Virus record (IMG/VR): IMGVR_UViG_3300036940_000262 | Length of the DNA: 57,661 nucleotides | Strand: one strand, 5' to 3' | From: an uncultured virus (IMG/VR IMGVR_UViG_3300036940_000262) | Lineage: Duplodnaviria > Heunggongvirae > Uroviricota > Caudoviricetes | Shown: positions 28,692 through 39,507 of the stretch, one piece after another | Position numbering within the stretch: the first letter of the stretch is position 1 | How the letters are laid out: each line of letters begins with the position of its first letter | Program-made: the position numbers and the translations under genes | The notes under the pieces: generated by a model | Seen by the model: the letters and a program-made list of their open reading frames with translations, nothing else | Database searches by the model: none | Told to the model about the DNA's origin: nothing

Positions 28692-29952
28692 TGATTTGTT
28701 AAACAGAAGACGGTCTGGTATTAGAAACTATGCTGAGTTTCTTCTATTGATGCATTGTTCCAGAGTTTTGAAAACAAAAAAATTTGTCCTAGATTTTAGT
28801 GATGCTTATTTCGAGGATGATTTTTTATCAGAGGATATGAAACTTTTCCTTAAAAACATGGTTCAAGAGGGGTGTGTAGTAGGTATAAATGCATCAGAAA
28901 CAGATGAACTATCTAAGTACAATATTCCACTAGATGAGTTTGATAAAATCAGTGATATTGTGTATGAGGAGTCGAAAGACGGAATACCTACAGCAATCTT
29001 TGACAGCGACTATTTTAAAGCCAACTCTAAAAAATATTCAGAACAATTCAATATTCCAGATATTGAGGAGGCTGTTATGCTGAATGTTCTGGCAAATTTC
29101 ATAGTTTCTGATTATTTGAGAAGGTTTTCCGGTAAACAGCAAGATTATAGAATCTTGTTTAGAATGAATGGGATGATTTGGCCAAAGAATCCGCATTTCT
29201 TCTTAAGTATTTATGGTTTGACAGAATCCTTATCAGAGTTCAATCTTGATAATGAAAGGATTAAATTGGTTGTAGTAAACAAAAGTGGTTACGATACGCT
29301 CAATCATAAAAAGTATACCTACGAGTTTTTCTTAAAGTGTGCTACGCTTGCAGGAAAGTATAAGAAAAGCAATAGGGGGTATACGATTGGTGAGAAGAGG
29401 AATTTTCTAAAAGAAAACGGTATTCAAGAAGGTTCTATTGTAGTATTGTATTTCCTTCCAGGAACTAAAGACAGCGACCATTTTGAGTTAACGAGAAAAA
29501 TAGAAAATGCAAGTTTTATTAGGGTAGATAAGATACTGGACGGTTACATCGAGTATACAAAATTCTTTAACATCTTGTCTGATGAAGAGGATGAGCTGAG
29601 ATGCAACAGTTCTGATGTGTTTAGTTTGCAAGAAGAGTGTAATAGTGCGAAAGTAAAAACCAATATGCAAATCGACTTATATCATACAGGGGTAGGATAT
29701 AACATGAGTTTTTCAGATACCTACAATATTATGCCTCTGCAAACATATACGACTGTTAGAAAGCCTTTAAGGTTGGGTGAATCGGTAGATTACTATGTTG
29801 TTAGAGAGGTTGATTATCTTTATTGGTCTTTAAATCAAAAAACGGCATCTTCTAAAGCAAGGGAGATATTTGATTTTGATAGAGACTTGTTTAAAGATAT
29901 GTATTCAGACGGTTTAGAAATGCTTTGGGATGTATATAACAAATCCAATTAG
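28675..29952 (+). CDS. hypothetical protein
   Basis: 425-aa ORF overlapping the upstream gene. Confidence 0.6.
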   Translation: MKVTVSDLLNRRRSGIRNYAEFLLLMHCSRVLKTKKFVLDFSDAYFEDDFLSEDMKLFLKNMVQEGCVVGINASETDELSKYNIPLDEFDKISDIVYEESKDGIPTAIFDSDYFKANSKKYSEQFNIPDIEEAVMLNVLANFIVSDYLRRFSGKQQDYRILFRMNGMIWPKNPHFFLSIYGLTESLSEFNLDNERIKLVVVNKSGYDTLNHKKYTYEFFLKCATLAGKYKKSNRGYTIGEKRNFLKENGIQEGSIVVLYFLPGTKDSDHFELTRKIENASFIRVDKILDGYIEYTKFFNILSDEEDELRCNSSDVFSLQEECNSAKVKTNMQIDLYHTGVGYNMSFSDTYNIMPLQTYTTVRKPLRLGESVDYYVVREVDYLYWSLNQKTASSKAREIFDFDRDLFKDMYSDGLEMLWDVYNKSN

Positions 29953-29987
29953 AAATAGAAAAAGATCAATTAGATTTAGAACGGAGT

Positions 29988-32459
29988 ATGTGTATGAGTG
30001 ATATTTTAAATAGATTGGTAGATTATAGAGCAGGGACAGAGAACAGAAAGAAAGAACCAGAAAAAGGTTTAAAGAAGTCAGAACTACTTTTACAATCCAT
30101 AGAGGACTGCGGTTTCAATATGTCTCAAATGAAAGATGTAATCACAACAAGCGGTAATCAATTAATTATCTCTATTGCGGGTTCAGGAAAAACAACTACA
30201 TTGATATTAAAAATTATCTATGATGTTGTTAGCGGTGAAGCAACAAGAGTGGTAGAGGTTAATGGTCAAGAGTTACGAACAGTAGATAAGATTTTAGTAA
30301 GTACTTTTCTTAAATCTGGTGCTGATGAATTGCAATCAAAGATTGCCTATTGGCAGAAGAAGTTGAATACGGTAGATACTTCAAAGTCAATTACTTTTTC
30401 TACACTTCATGCTGAGTTTAAGAGAGCTTTAACAGCACTAGGGGTATCGACTCCTATTATAGATGAAAAGACAAACTCAAAGAATTTGAGAGAGATTGTC
30501 AATAAGTTTGGAATACTCTACAATGGTAAGCAGTTGAACAGTGAAATGTTTAATAATCTAAAGAGTGCCTTAGCGTATACAAGAAATAGATTAGATGATA
30601 AGCGATTTGATCACAATGTTTATGCGGATTTATGTATTAATGGTAATATTATTGAGTCTGTACTGAAAGAGTGGAAACACAGCAGAAGGGTAGAGGGTTT
30701 AATGGATTTCGAGGATTTACAAGAAATCCTATACGATGAGTGCTATATAAACGAGAATCAGGCTGTAATAGATTTTCTTGCCAACAGGTATAAGTTTATT
30801 TATGTAGATGAATTTCAAGATACTTCACAAATTCAGTATGCCTTAATTCGAATCTACGGTTCTAAAGCAAAGAAAATTGTTGTAATTGGTGATGATGACC
30901 AAACAATCTACTCATGGAGGGGTAGTTACAACAAGATTATTACGCATCAATTCGGTTCCGAGTTTCCTCACACCTTATCAAAGCTAGGGATTAATTACAG
31001 GTGCCCTAACAATATTTTAAAGGCTATTAAACCATCCATTGAGTTGAATAAAGACAGATTTGAAAAAGAGTTAAAATCTGCTGAGGAAGGCGGAAAGGTG
31101 AGGTTAGGGGTATATCCTTCATATCGTAAGATGGGCGAAGATTTATCTAAACTTGTTCAAGAGGATGTTAATAACAAAAGGTCAGTTGCAATTCTATGTC
31201 GAGTAAATTCAGACGGGTTACTTCCTGCTTTATCTTTAGAGTTATCTAAAATGGTAGATTTTGCTATATCTGGCAGTGACATGACATTAGATTCTTATAT
31301 TGGTAAAAGCGTATTAAATATCGCAAGGCTGTTTACGGACAGGTCTACTCAGGCTGTAAGACAGGCATTACAATCATTAACATGGAATAAGTTTGAGGTA
31401 GACGCTATTCTAAGTGTTTGTAAAAACAACAGAATGTCCTTATGGAAAATCCCTTATAAGGATATAGAATACTCTTGTCCAAGTATTGCTCTAACATTAA
31501 AATTATGGAGAAAATGCTATGACGAGTATGGTGAATTATCTACACTTCAAATTCTGTTCGACCACTACAAAACAGAAGTTTACGGTAAGAATACACAATA
31601 CAATTATGTTTGCAGGTCTGTAATTGATGCATTATCTGCATTGTTGGAGGATTTAATAAATTCCAGCAGTATTACAACTGTAGCGGAGTTTTTAGATGAG
31701 ATCGATCATATTAATGAAAAGCTCAAAACTCGAAAGAAGAATTATAAAAATGTAAATGTCGTTATATCAACAGTCCATGAGTTTAAAGGTAAAGAGGCGG
31801 ATAGCGTGTATGTGTGGAATGATTCAGAGGACGTATTTCCACATAGAAATGTAGACATTACAATAGAGGAAGAACTTGAGGAAGAGCGTAGGGTACATTA
31901 TATTGCCAATACAAGAGCAAGAAAAATAAGTACAATAATGCACCTTGTAAACAGAGCTGGTCAGTTTGTAACAGAAATGGATTTATCTGATGCTGAGAAA
32001 CTGACTGTTTTAACATCTAATCAAATTAATAAGCCTAAGAAAACATTGTCAGTCAAAGATGCAAATACTGTTATTGAAAACTCAGGTTATGCAGAGACTC
32101 TAAAAATGTTGTTAAGCGTTGTTACTTATATAAATGGAAATGGTGAGGTAACTACTGACTATGACAAAGTAGAAGCTGTAAGAAGAGAGGTAGCAGGGGA
32201 AGGGTTGACGGATAATCCAGATGCTCATCAAGTGTCTGAGTGGATAAAATTACATGCTAAAGACTGGTTTGAAAAGAATGAGATAGTAGATAAAGAATCA
32301 CTATCTAAAAATTATCAAAAAGCTTATGATATCATAAACCTAGCTGTATTCTTCCTAACAAATTCTGATATTGATGGATTGGAAGTTTATCTAGGAGACG
32401 GCTATACAAAAGATATTATTGAAGTTATAAACAAGGTAAAATCAGCATCGAATTTATAG
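29988..32459 (+). CDS. UvrD/PcrA-family SF1 helicase
   Basis: AGSGKTT, STLH, VDEFQD, VIGDDDQTIYSWRG, NYRC, STVHEFKGKE and EERRVHYIANTRA. Confidence 0.95.
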   Translation: MCMSDILNRLVDYRAGTENRKKEPEKGLKKSELLLQSIEDCGFNMSQMKDVITTSGNQLIISIAGSGKTTTLILKIIYDVVSGEATRVVEVNGQELRTVDKILVSTFLKSGADELQSKIAYWQKKLNTVDTSKSITFSTLHAEFKRALTALGVSTPIIDEKTNSKNLREIVNKFGILYNGKQLNSEMFNNLKSALAYTRNRLDDKRFDHNVYADLCINGNIIESVLKEWKHSRRVEGLMDFEDLQEILYDECYINENQAVIDFLANRYKFIYVDEFQDTSQIQYALIRIYGSKAKKIVVIGDDDQTIYSWRGSYNKIITHQFGSEFPHTLSKLGINYRCPNNILKAIKPSIELNKDRFEKELKSAEEGGKVRLGVYPSYRKMGEDLSKLVQEDVNNKRSVAILCRVNSDGLLPALSLELSKMVDFAISGSDMTLDSYIGKSVLNIARLFTDRSTQAVRQALQSLTWNKFEVDAILSVCKNNRMSLWKIPYKDIEYSCPSIALTLKLWRKCYDEYGELSTLQILFDHYKTEVYGKNTQYNYVCRSVIDALSALLEDLINSSSITTVAEFLDEIDHINEKLKTRKKNYKNVNVVISTVHEFKGKEADSVYVWNDSEDVFPHRNVDITIEEELEEERRVHYIANTRARKISTIMHLVNRAGQFVTEMDLSDAEKLTVLTSNQINKPKKTLSVKDANTVIENSGYAETLKMLLSVVTYINGNGEVTTDYDKVEAVRREVAGEGLTDNPDAHQVSEWIKLHAKDWFEKNEIVDKESLSKNYQKAYDIINLAVFFLTNSDIDGLEVYLGDGYTKDIIEVINKVKSASNL

Positions 32460-32499
32460 TATAATATTAATATAAATTCGATGAGCGAGGTAAATAAAA

Positions 32500-33285
32500 A
32501 TGTATATGTGTAATCTATTAGATCAAGATGTGAGCGGAAATTATTCTCTTTCAGGGGTACAGGATGGTGTTAACGATGTGTCTTTATATGTGGAGGGTAA
32601 AGCGATTAAGGTTGGTCATGGGGTAGTTCCCTTAGATTTGGAGAAGGGTTTAAAAAACCTTTCTTCAACTGAGAATAGCCCTGTAATATCTATCTTAGCA
32701 AAAGGTTTAAAGGTGGCTAGTGGGGTAAAAACGAGAATCCGTTATATCTCTTTCAATGAGGGTGTTTTAGTATCTTTAATCTTTGGTCAGGTTCTTGTAA
32801 GAACGGCTGAAGGTGAGGACATTGAATTAACAAGAGGGGTAAACACCTTATCTGAAAATTACAGTAACTTTATCGATGCGGATGAGTTCAAAACAATGAA
32901 TATGGTAACAGATGATGTAGGGTTAAAATGTTCAGACTTTGTTGTATCAGATTGTACTATTTCTTACAAATCTGAATCTGATTTAAAGAGTGTAAAATTC
33001 AATCAAGACTCATTTATAACAATTGATGATGGTTCTTATATCGATGCAAGAAACGCTAAAATTGATGAGATTGAGATAGAGTTGAAAAAGAAAAGAGAAC
33101 AGCAGGAGAAACGATTAAAAGAGAAAGAGGATAACAGAATATTTACGCTTGAGCGTGAAGCAGCATTAAAGGATAAAGAGAAGTCTCAAACGAAAAGAAA
33201 AGCAAGTCCTAAGCAAGCTGTAGAGAATACAGAAATGGATGCTAGAGCTTTCAACAACTTGATGCGTAATTTATCAACAAGATAG
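32500..33285 (+). CDS. hypothetical protein
   Basis: ORF with its own promoter and GAGG RBS. Confidence 0.6.
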   Translation: MYMCNLLDQDVSGNYSLSGVQDGVNDVSLYVEGKAIKVGHGVVPLDLEKGLKNLSSTENSPVISILAKGLKVASGVKTRIRYISFNEGVLVSLIFGQVLVRTAEGEDIELTRGVNTLSENYSNFIDADEFKTMNMVTDDVGLKCSDFVVSDCTISYKSESDLKSVKFNQDSFITIDDGSYIDARNAKIDEIEIELKKKREQQEKRLKEKEDNRIFTLEREAALKDKEKSQTKRKASPKQAVENTEMDARAFNNLMRNLSTR

Positions 33286-33293
33286 AGGTAAGG

Positions 33294-34748
33294 ATGGATA
33301 TAAAGAAAGAATTTTTAAAAGAAGGCATGATTAAACATCATGCCTTTACTGGTATCAGTAGATTTAAGGAATTTCTTGATAATAATGAGGACTTTATTGT
33401 ATACTTCGACCCGGATATAGATGGCATGATATCTGGTCTATTTGTATGCAGATTATTAACAGGCTTAAGAAAAAACTATCAATGGTATGTCAATACAGCA
33501 AGACAGCATGGGTTCAAGCTAGATTTAGAAAAAGTCAGGGGTAAGTCTTTAATTTGTGTAGATTTTGGAATAACTCAATCAGAGCTAGACAGCATATCTG
33601 AGAGTGTAAAGGGTTTGATTAGTTTAGACCATCATGAGTGTGGTGATGTAGTAATAGAGACAGAAAATGCTTGTGTTATAAACAATCAGTATGGTTTTGA
33701 GGAGGAGACCTCAAGGTACTTGAGCGGTGCAGGGGTAATATTTGAATCAATTATTGCCTTGTATCCTGAATTTAATACACTAGAAAACAGAGCATTGGTT
33801 GGGTTGACGTTATTATCAGATATAAGAAACATTGATAATATTAATGCTAGGCTGTATTTACAAGACCTGTATGAACATCCTTATCGGGGGTATATAAAGT
33901 ATTTAATTAGCGGTACAATCTCGTCTATCGACTATACTTTTGGTTTACCTAGATTAGATAGAAATTATGTAGACTTCACTTTTTCACCTGCCATCAACGC
34001 CTCTTTAAGATTTAATAAAGAAAAAGATGTAGTAAACTTCTTTTTAGGTCAGGGTAACATCAATAAAAAATACCATAAACTACAGCAAAAGTTAGTTGAG
34101 GACTTATTGGATAGTTCAGGTGTAACAGAGTTAAGCTCTACTATAATGGTGTGTATCAATGGTGACAGATACAAGGGAACAGATGTAGAGCCTTTCTTAT
34201 CGAATTTTGTAGGTTTACTTGCTTCGAGATTTTTGGACGGTTATAGGTCGGTATTTGCCTACTTAATTATTGATGGTGAGTTGATAAGAGCTTCTTTTAG
34301 GGGTAGATTTAACGGTGTTGACTACTTGTCTAAGCTTTCAAACGAATTAGAAGGGGCGGGGCATGGTTCTGCTTTTGGTATCATGAATATGGGTTTAACA
34401 GACGAGCATTTTGAGAAATATAACGCTATTTGTGAGGAGGTAGAACTTGGTATAGAAAAGGTCAATGACTATATAAAAGTGAATAACCTATCAGTGTTTG
34501 TAAGTAATAATCAAGCCTACAAAATAGGGGTAAATAATATATTCACCTTAACAGAGAACAAGAAGTTCTTACAATATCAAGGAAACAATATAAAGACTAA
34601 AAGAAATAACAGCAAGGTGATAGAGTATCTGATTGATGGTGTTTCTGTTTTATGTTTTAATTTAGATTTGAATCCGCAAAAGGATTTAATAATGCCAACA
34701 ATAGATAGAGGGGTATTGCGGTTCTATCTTAACGAGTCTTTAGAGTAG
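33294..34748 (+). CDS. recJ: RecJ-like DHH/DHHA1 exonuclease
   Basis: DPDIDG, ICVDFG, LDHH, LSGAGV, SFRG and GAGHGSAFG. Confidence 0.85.
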   Translation: MDIKKEFLKEGMIKHHAFTGISRFKEFLDNNEDFIVYFDPDIDGMISGLFVCRLLTGLRKNYQWYVNTARQHGFKLDLEKVRGKSLICVDFGITQSELDSISESVKGLISLDHHECGDVVIETENACVINNQYGFEEETSRYLSGAGVIFESIIALYPEFNTLENRALVGLTLLSDIRNIDNINARLYLQDLYEHPYRGYIKYLISGTISSIDYTFGLPRLDRNYVDFTFSPAINASLRFNKEKDVVNFFLGQGNINKKYHKLQQKLVEDLLDSSGVTELSSTIMVCINGDRYKGTDVEPFLSNFVGLLASRFLDGYRSVFAYLIIDGELIRASFRGRFNGVDYLSKLSNELEGAGHGSAFGIMNMGLTDEHFEKYNAICEEVELGIEKVNDYIKVNNLSVFVSNNQAYKIGVNNIFTLTENKKFLQYQGNNIKTKRNNSKVIEYLIDGVSVLCFNLDLNPQKDLIMPTIDRGVLRFYLNESLE

Positions 34749-34838
34749 TTAGCAGGTAAAAATTCAAGCATCTGTTATATTTGTGTTTAAAATTTGGTAT
34801 TATTAGAAAGAGAAAAATTTCTTTAGAAAGATAAAAAG

Positions 34839-36707
34839 GTGAAAGGTATGGTAAACATTTATACGTTGGGTGTTCCTTTAAGCAGTTTAGAGATTTTAAA
34901 AGGGGCAATGCAACAAGTATATGGTGAGTTATTTACGATTAAAGAGATTGAAAGGACAACTTTATTAAGAAGCGTAAAAAATGCAATAAATTCACCAGAA
35001 GTTGTTCTCGTTTTATTAGACTCAGAATCGTACAATAGGGGTTCTACAATAATAACAGAGGGTTCAGATGAGAAGTTTTATAAGTACGAGAATGAAGTGA
35101 GTTTCATCGCAGAGTTAAACAATCGATTCGGGTTAAATATTAAAAAAGAGATGGAAGAACTTGATGTAAGTTCTTTTAGAGAAGATTATTCTAACGAGTA
35201 TGAGGTTCTTTTAGAAAAGTTTGAGGAGCGAGAGACTAGAATAGCTGAACTTGAAGGTCTTTTAAATCAATATAACGAAAATTCATACAAAGAATTAGAG
35301 TTAAAAAACGAGGAGTATCAAGCGGAACTTCTATCCTTAAAAGACCAGAACACAACAAGAGAATCAAAAATCACTGCATTAAATGAAACACTTAAAAATC
35401 TTAAAGAAGACTTCGATGTTTTGCGAGAGTTGTTAGAGGATGAAAAAAGCAAAGTACTGGAAAAAGACGATAGTATTACAAGTCTTAAGGATTCAGTAAA
35501 GTCTTTAACAATTGAGTTATCAAAGCAAAAGCAAATTAAAGAAGCGGTTAACAGCGAATTGACAGCTTTAAAACAATCTAATGCTGAACAAATATTAGTA
35601 TTAGAGGATGTTGAAAAGTTAAAAAAGACTATCGAGGATCAGAAGTCTATGATAGACGATTTGGAGCTTGAGAACACTAAAATTGCGGACATTGATATCG
35701 ATGATTTGAAAGCTACAAAGACAACATTAGATAAACAGCTTAAGCTTTACAAAAACATTGTAAAAGAGAAGGATGTAAAAATAACTCAAAACGAGTTAGA
35801 TATTGAGGAATTATCCTCAGTTATTTCTCGACTTAACAATGCGATAGTAGGGGTAAGGGATGAGCTTTCTGATAAGGTAGAGGAAGTAACTACATTGAAA
35901 TCTGAAAAAATTGAGTTAAACAATGAGTTATTAGTCTTTAAAGACAAGTTAAAAGAGATGGACAGGCTTCTAGGGGTAGAAGAGGAGTCATCTCAATTGA
36001 AAAAGAGACTGAGTTCCTTAGAGTCAAGTGTTTTTTCAAAGATAAACAATGCTTTAATAAACAATACTAATATAACTACTAGAGTGTATGATGGTAGCAG
36101 TATGTTAAAGCGTGTACAGTTCGCTTTTGCGGGTTCTTCTGATTCTTGTAGAGGTGCTTACAATTGTTTAAAAAACGAGTTTGCAAGAAATCCATCAACT
36201 AAATTTTTATTGGTAGATTTGTCATCAGAGATATTCTACGACTATATTTTAGGGGTAAAAGATGCAAAGAGTTGTTTAGATTGGTATAAAAAAGGTGGAG
36301 GAGTACTTAACTACACAACTGAGACCTCTTTAAAAAATGTAAAACTACTAACACCTGGCTCAGATTACTTTGAAAGCACATTTTATCTGACAGTGGATTG
36401 GGTAAAAAGAGTAAAAGAATTAGAAAGCTCGGGTTACACAGTTGTTGTTTTCTGTGGAAACATACATAATATTGTTTCTAAGATACTGTTTAACTCTTTT
36501 ATTCAGTACTCTAGCATTGCAATTTACAATAGTGGGACTGTTCTCAATGCAAGAAATTTGTCTCTAACACTTCTAAATCAGTGTGGTTTTGCCGACAATA
36601 AAGATTTGAGTATCTGTGTGTATGGGGACTTGCAAGAGGAGAAGAGAGTTATTGTAAACAAATATTATTCACTTATTGAGCAAAAATGCGATTTGAGGTA
36701 TATCTAA
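34839..36707 (+). CDS. coiled-coil protein with degenerate C-terminal MinD/ParA-like domain
   Basis: Long heptad region, then FAFAGSSDSCRG (no Walker A Lys) and FLLVDLS. Confidence 0.5.
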   Translation: MKGMVNIYTLGVPLSSLEILKGAMQQVYGELFTIKEIERTTLLRSVKNAINSPEVVLVLLDSESYNRGSTIITEGSDEKFYKYENEVSFIAELNNRFGLNIKKEMEELDVSSFREDYSNEYEVLLEKFEERETRIAELEGLLNQYNENSYKELELKNEEYQAELLSLKDQNTTRESKITALNETLKNLKEDFDVLRELLEDEKSKVLEKDDSITSLKDSVKSLTIELSKQKQIKEAVNSELTALKQSNAEQILVLEDVEKLKKTIEDQKSMIDDLELENTKIADIDIDDLKATKTTLDKQLKLYKNIVKEKDVKITQNELDIEELSSVISRLNNAIVGVRDELSDKVEEVTTLKSEKIELNNELLVFKDKLKEMDRLLGVEEESSQLKKRLSSLESSVFSKINNALINNTNITTRVYDGSSMLKRVQFAFAGSSDSCRGAYNCLKNEFARNPSTKFLLVDLSSEIFYDYILGVKDAKSCLDWYKKGGGVLNYTTETSLKNVKLLTPGSDYFESTFYLTVDWVKRVKELESSGYTVVVFCGNIHNIVSKILFNSFIQYSSIAIYNSGTVLNARNLSLTLLNQCGFADNKDLSICVYGDLQEEKRVIVNKYYSLIEQKCDLRYI

Positions 36708-36717
36708 AGGTGGGGTA

Positions 36718-37203
36718 ATGGATGTAAAGGTTGTTGTCGATGTTGATGAGGATGTCTACAATGGGGTTGTAGTGCCTTTTAAAGAAAAGCACAAATTCAG
36801 TAAGTTAGTTGGAAGGTTGCTAGACGCTTATTATGAGAACGACTCAATCAAAGAGTATGTTGATACGTCTATAGGCTTCGAGGATGATTTATTAGAACAA
36901 TCGTTATTTGATGAGTTAAACAAGATGAAAGAAAGTCTTGACAGATTAGATGGGATAAAAGACAAAGTAAAAGAGGTTTCAGAGGACGGTATGGAGTTCT
37001 TTGATAGTGGAGAAAAGGCTACTTTAGGGGTATCGGAGAAGTTTATTAAAGATGAGATAAGCGACCTAAAACAGTACATAAAAGACTTAATAAAAAATAA
37101 TGATGTTGAGTGTTATACAGATTTTGTGGAAGTTGTGGACGAGGTTATTATTTTAGAGGAGTATACTAATATGGTAGAAACAGGCGGTGTGTATGAAGTT
37201 TAG
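36718..37203 (+). CDS. hypothetical protein, possible ribbon-helix-helix N-terminus
   Basis: Beta-strand VKVVVDVD followed by two helices. Confidence 0.4.
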   Translation: MDVKVVVDVDEDVYNGVVVPFKEKHKFSKLVGRLLDAYYENDSIKEYVDTSIGFEDDLLEQSLFDELNKMKESLDRLDGIKDKVKEVSEDGMEFFDSGEKATLGVSEKFIKDEISDLKQYIKDLIKNNDVECYTDFVEVVDEVIILEEYTNMVETGGVYEV

Positions 37204-38842
37204 AAAAAGAGAGAGAACCTATAAGATAGGAAGTAATACAACAAAAGATGTTAAAAAGCCCAAAAAGCCTAAGAAGCGGTTGAAATTTTCTCTGCAGGAT
37301 TATGGAGGGTGGCATTTTCGTCCCATATTCGCCTTTTGGCGGGGTTTCGGTTTCAGGCTTCGTCTGATGTTGCTTTTAGGAATTATCCTTTTATTAGGGG
37401 TATATTGGGCGATTTACGGGAATTGGGTAAGATTTCCCCCTGTAGTGGATCGGGATGTGGAGCATTCTGGTTTAGGTGCAGTTCTTGAGTGGGAGAACAC
37501 CTACCCTAATTTAGATGGTTCAATTAGTAGTTTAATAGGGGTAGACAGCTATTTGGCGATGGAAGTTGACTATGCTAACAGTGATGAAAACATTTTAGAT
37601 TTTCAGAAAACAGTCGTTGGTACTGTAGATTACATACCTGAACAAGTTGAGGTAAAAAACATCTACGGTAACACAGCCTTAGACCACAACTACAAGAAAG
37701 TGTATGTAGATTCTTTGGTAGATGGTGAAGATGAGGAAGTTACTGTATCTTATGTAGACTACAGTAAAATTCGTTTAAACAAAGACTTGATTACTTCTAT
37801 TATGAATAAGTATGGGGTATCGAAAGATAATCGGGTAGATATGGCAAATGCCTTAATACCTGTATTCTGTGAATACATATCCACTTATGATGAGCTACCA
37901 ATAACAGAAGAACAGCATATACCTTATATTGAAAACTATAAAATAACCAGTGATGAGGATGTTTATTTAGATACTCTATTATTTTCTAGTCAAGCGTTTT
38001 CTGAATTATTGCAAGACTTTTCAATAGTAGCTGTAGGCGGTGAGGAAAATCCTGAATGGGTTGAGTGGTTAGAGTTAACAGATAAAGAAAAGTTTTTAAT
38101 GGATGAGCCTGAGCGTGTACTAATTGGTTGGAATCCAACAGATACTTGGACAGCTTGGAGTGCGTTATCAGATGAGGAAAAAGAATCAACAACTGAACCT
38201 TACAAGTATGACTGGAGGATATATCTCTCTGACAAGTGGTGTGGGGCTTATAACTTATATAATGGTGTAGAATCAGAAGCTGTTTATGCAGGACTTGGTG
38301 ATGGTACATTAGAAAGTCCTGCGGGTTTAGATACAAGTATCTCAACAGTAGCTTTTGTAGATGAGTATGATGAGTCAGGGGTACTACATCAAGTTAAAGT
38401 CCCTATACGTATAAAATTAAAAGAGTACGGGGTATCACAAGATGCCATAGACTTCTTTGAAAGTAAAGACGCCAGAAATAGGGGTTATGATATTAAATCG
38501 GAGCTTCAATATATTTACTATGTTTTTGAAATAACTAACTTATCAGATAAAGAGGTACGCATAACTGATGAAACAGTTTTGTGTGATGACTCTTTAAGTT
38601 TGTCTGGTAGAACGGGGACAGTTTATGGGTTACAAGGTGCTGTGACATTGCAACCTTATCAATCAGGAACTCTTGAATCTTGGTCTGGTTCGGTTTCCTT
38701 AAACAAGAAGTATTTGATTTGGGGTTCAGATTTCAGTCGTAACGAGGAAGTTGTTTGGTTCAGAGTGATGGCAGGGGATATTGACAATTCAGACGAATCC
38801 AAAGGGGTAGAGTTAAATAATAGTCGATATGATGAGGAATAG
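37193..38842 (+). CDS. membrane-anchored extracytoplasmic protein with C-terminal Ig-like domain
   Basis: Basic N-terminus and one TM segment; YYVFEITNLSD...LQPYQS. Confidence 0.55.
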   Translation: MKFRKRERTYKIGSNTTKDVKKPKKPKKRLKFSLQDYGGWHFRPIFAFWRGFGFRLRLMLLLGIILLLGVYWAIYGNWVRFPPVVDRDVEHSGLGAVLEWENTYPNLDGSISSLIGVDSYLAMEVDYANSDENILDFQKTVVGTVDYIPEQVEVKNIYGNTALDHNYKKVYVDSLVDGEDEEVTVSYVDYSKIRLNKDLITSIMNKYGVSKDNRVDMANALIPVFCEYISTYDELPITEEQHIPYIENYKITSDEDVYLDTLLFSSQAFSELLQDFSIVAVGGEENPEWVEWLELTDKEKFLMDEPERVLIGWNPTDTWTAWSALSDEEKESTTEPYKYDWRIYLSDKWCGAYNLYNGVESEAVYAGLGDGTLESPAGLDTSISTVAFVDEYDESGVLHQVKVPIRIKLKEYGVSQDAIDFFESKDARNRGYDIKSELQYIYYVFEITNLSDKEVRITDETVLCDDSLSLSGRTGTVYGLQGAVTLQPYQSGTLESWSGSVSLNKKYLIWGSDFSRNEEVVWFRVMAGDIDNSDESKGVELNNSRYDEE

Positions 38843-38852
38843 ATACTATAAT

Positions 38853-38890
38853 AAGCAGGTAGATAACTTAAATCTACCTGTTTTTTATTT
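38853..38890 (+). terminator. intrinsic terminator
   Basis: GCAGGTAGAT / ATCTACCTGT stem followed by a T-run. Confidence 0.8.
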
Positions 38891-39029
38891 GTACTTTTTA
38901 GAATCTGGAAGGGTTTATTTAGAACTAGAAAGTGTTTGAAGATAGTGTTTTAGTTGAGTTTCGGTGTTGTTTAGGTTATCGGGAGAGGTAAACAAAGAGG
39001 TGCTTGGTTTTTGGGGTGGTGTTAAAAAT

Positions 39030-39430
39030 CTTGGTTAAATATTGGTTCAGTTTTGGTTTAATATTGTTTCAAAATTGGTTACGCCTGTATAGGGGTGGTG
39101 CAGTTGTAGTTTGGTTTAATATTGGTTTAATGTTGGTTTAATGTTGGTTCAGTTTTGGTTTGATTATGGTTTATGGTAGGTTGTTGTGATAATGGTTTAA
39201 ATCTGGTTCATTTTTGGTTTATTACTGGTTTAAAGTTGGTTTTAAAAAAGGCGAGTAGTGGTTTAATTCTGGATAAGATTGTGTTGGTTCAAAACTGGTT
39301 GAAATCTGGTTTACTTTTCATTGATTCTTGGTTAAAATAGTGTTTATAACTGGTTAGATACTGGTTTAAAATTGGTTTAAATTATGATGGTTCAAAACTG
39401 GTTTAAATTTGGTTAAAAAGTGGTTCGATT
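39030..39430. repeat. 11-bp tandem direct repeats (core TGGTT), putative parC centromere
   Basis: About 28 units such as ATTGGTTTAAT, GTTGGTTCAGT and ACTGGTTTAAA in phased blocks upstream of the adaptor and actin genes. Confidence 0.85.
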
Positions 39431-39507
39431 TTACAACAGCATTTCAGGTATTTTTGTTATAAGGTATAAAGGAAAAAGTAGGTTTTTGATTTTGGAAAGG
39501 AGATTTA

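Noticed and set aside
39030..39430. Possible second CRISPR array
   Set aside because: The units are degenerate 11-bp tandem repeats without unique spacers, and the adjacent parR/parM-like genes explain them.
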